Below, one piece after another: positions 49,060 through 49,504 of a DNA stretch of 49,504 bases; position 1 is the first letter of the stretch; each line of letters begins with the position of its first letter. The notes beneath the pieces were generated by a model. It searched no databases. It worked only from the letters and a program-made list of their open reading frames with translations, and was not told the DNA's origin. The translations under genes and the position numbers were made by a program. Source of the DNA: Chiloscyllium plagiosum (lineage: Eukaryota); contig NC_057711.1 in the NCBI RefSeq assembly GCF_004010195.1, positions 73,365,894-73,415,397 of the forward strand, read 5' to 3'.

Positions 49060-49504
49060 CAATAGATAATAGGTGCAGGAATTGGCCATTCTGCCCTTCG
49101 AGCCTGCACCACCATTCAATATGATCATGGCTGATCATCCTTAATCAATAGGTGCAGAATTGGCCATTCTGCCCTTCGAGCCTGCACCACCATTCAATAT
49201 GATCATGGCTGATCATCCTTAATCAGTATCCTGTTCCTGCCTTATCTCCATAACCCTTGATTCCACAATCCTGGAGAGCTCTATCCAACTCTTTCTTAAA
49301 TGAATCCAGAGACTGGGCCTCCACTGCCCACTGGGGCAGAGTTTCCTGCCTCCAGAGTGTCCAAACCTTTAATAATCTTATATGTCTCAATCAGATCCCC
49401 TCTCAGTCTTCTAAACTCAAGGGTATACAAGCCCAGTCGCTCCAGTCTTTCAGCATAAGGTAGTCCCGCCATTCCAGGAATTGACCTCATGAACCTACGC
49501 TGCA
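49060..49504 (-). mobile_element. CR1 3' fragment with tandemly duplicated tail, runs off the window
   Basis: ORF 49296..49490 (-) ERLERLGLYTLEFRRLRGDLIETYKI; ~79-bp tandem repeat 49068-49146 / 49147-49224. Confidence 0.9.

Overview
Repeat-rich, non-coding vertebrate genomic DNA, most likely from a cartilaginous fish (shark). This is inferred from HE1-like tRNA SINEs that share a 3' tail with HER1/CR1 LINEs, plus SacSINE1-like DeuSINEs. No intact host protein-coding gene could be recognised, and nearly all ORFs in the track are retroelement fragments or chance frames. Main contents: (i) a decayed Gmr1-type Ty3/Gypsy element with integrase upstream of RT (11641-18279); (ii) an older minus-strand Gypsy element with diverged LTRs (29156-33188); (iii) two solo LTRs with 5-bp TSDs; (iv) an internally deleted hAT (Buster/Charlie-like) transposon; (v) many CR1 LINE fragments and several SINE families, often nested; and (vi) numerous Penelope-like element (PLE) derivatives carrying minimal type I hammerhead ribozyme (HHR) motifs. 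The PLE derivatives occur as palindromic head-to-head insertions with 10-13 bp direct repeats and a one-sided ~35-40 nt tail, and as ~90-120 bp mini-elements that start at the ribozyme. Three N-gaps fall inside repeats. All calls were made by eye; boundaries are approximate unless a TSD/TIR is quoted.
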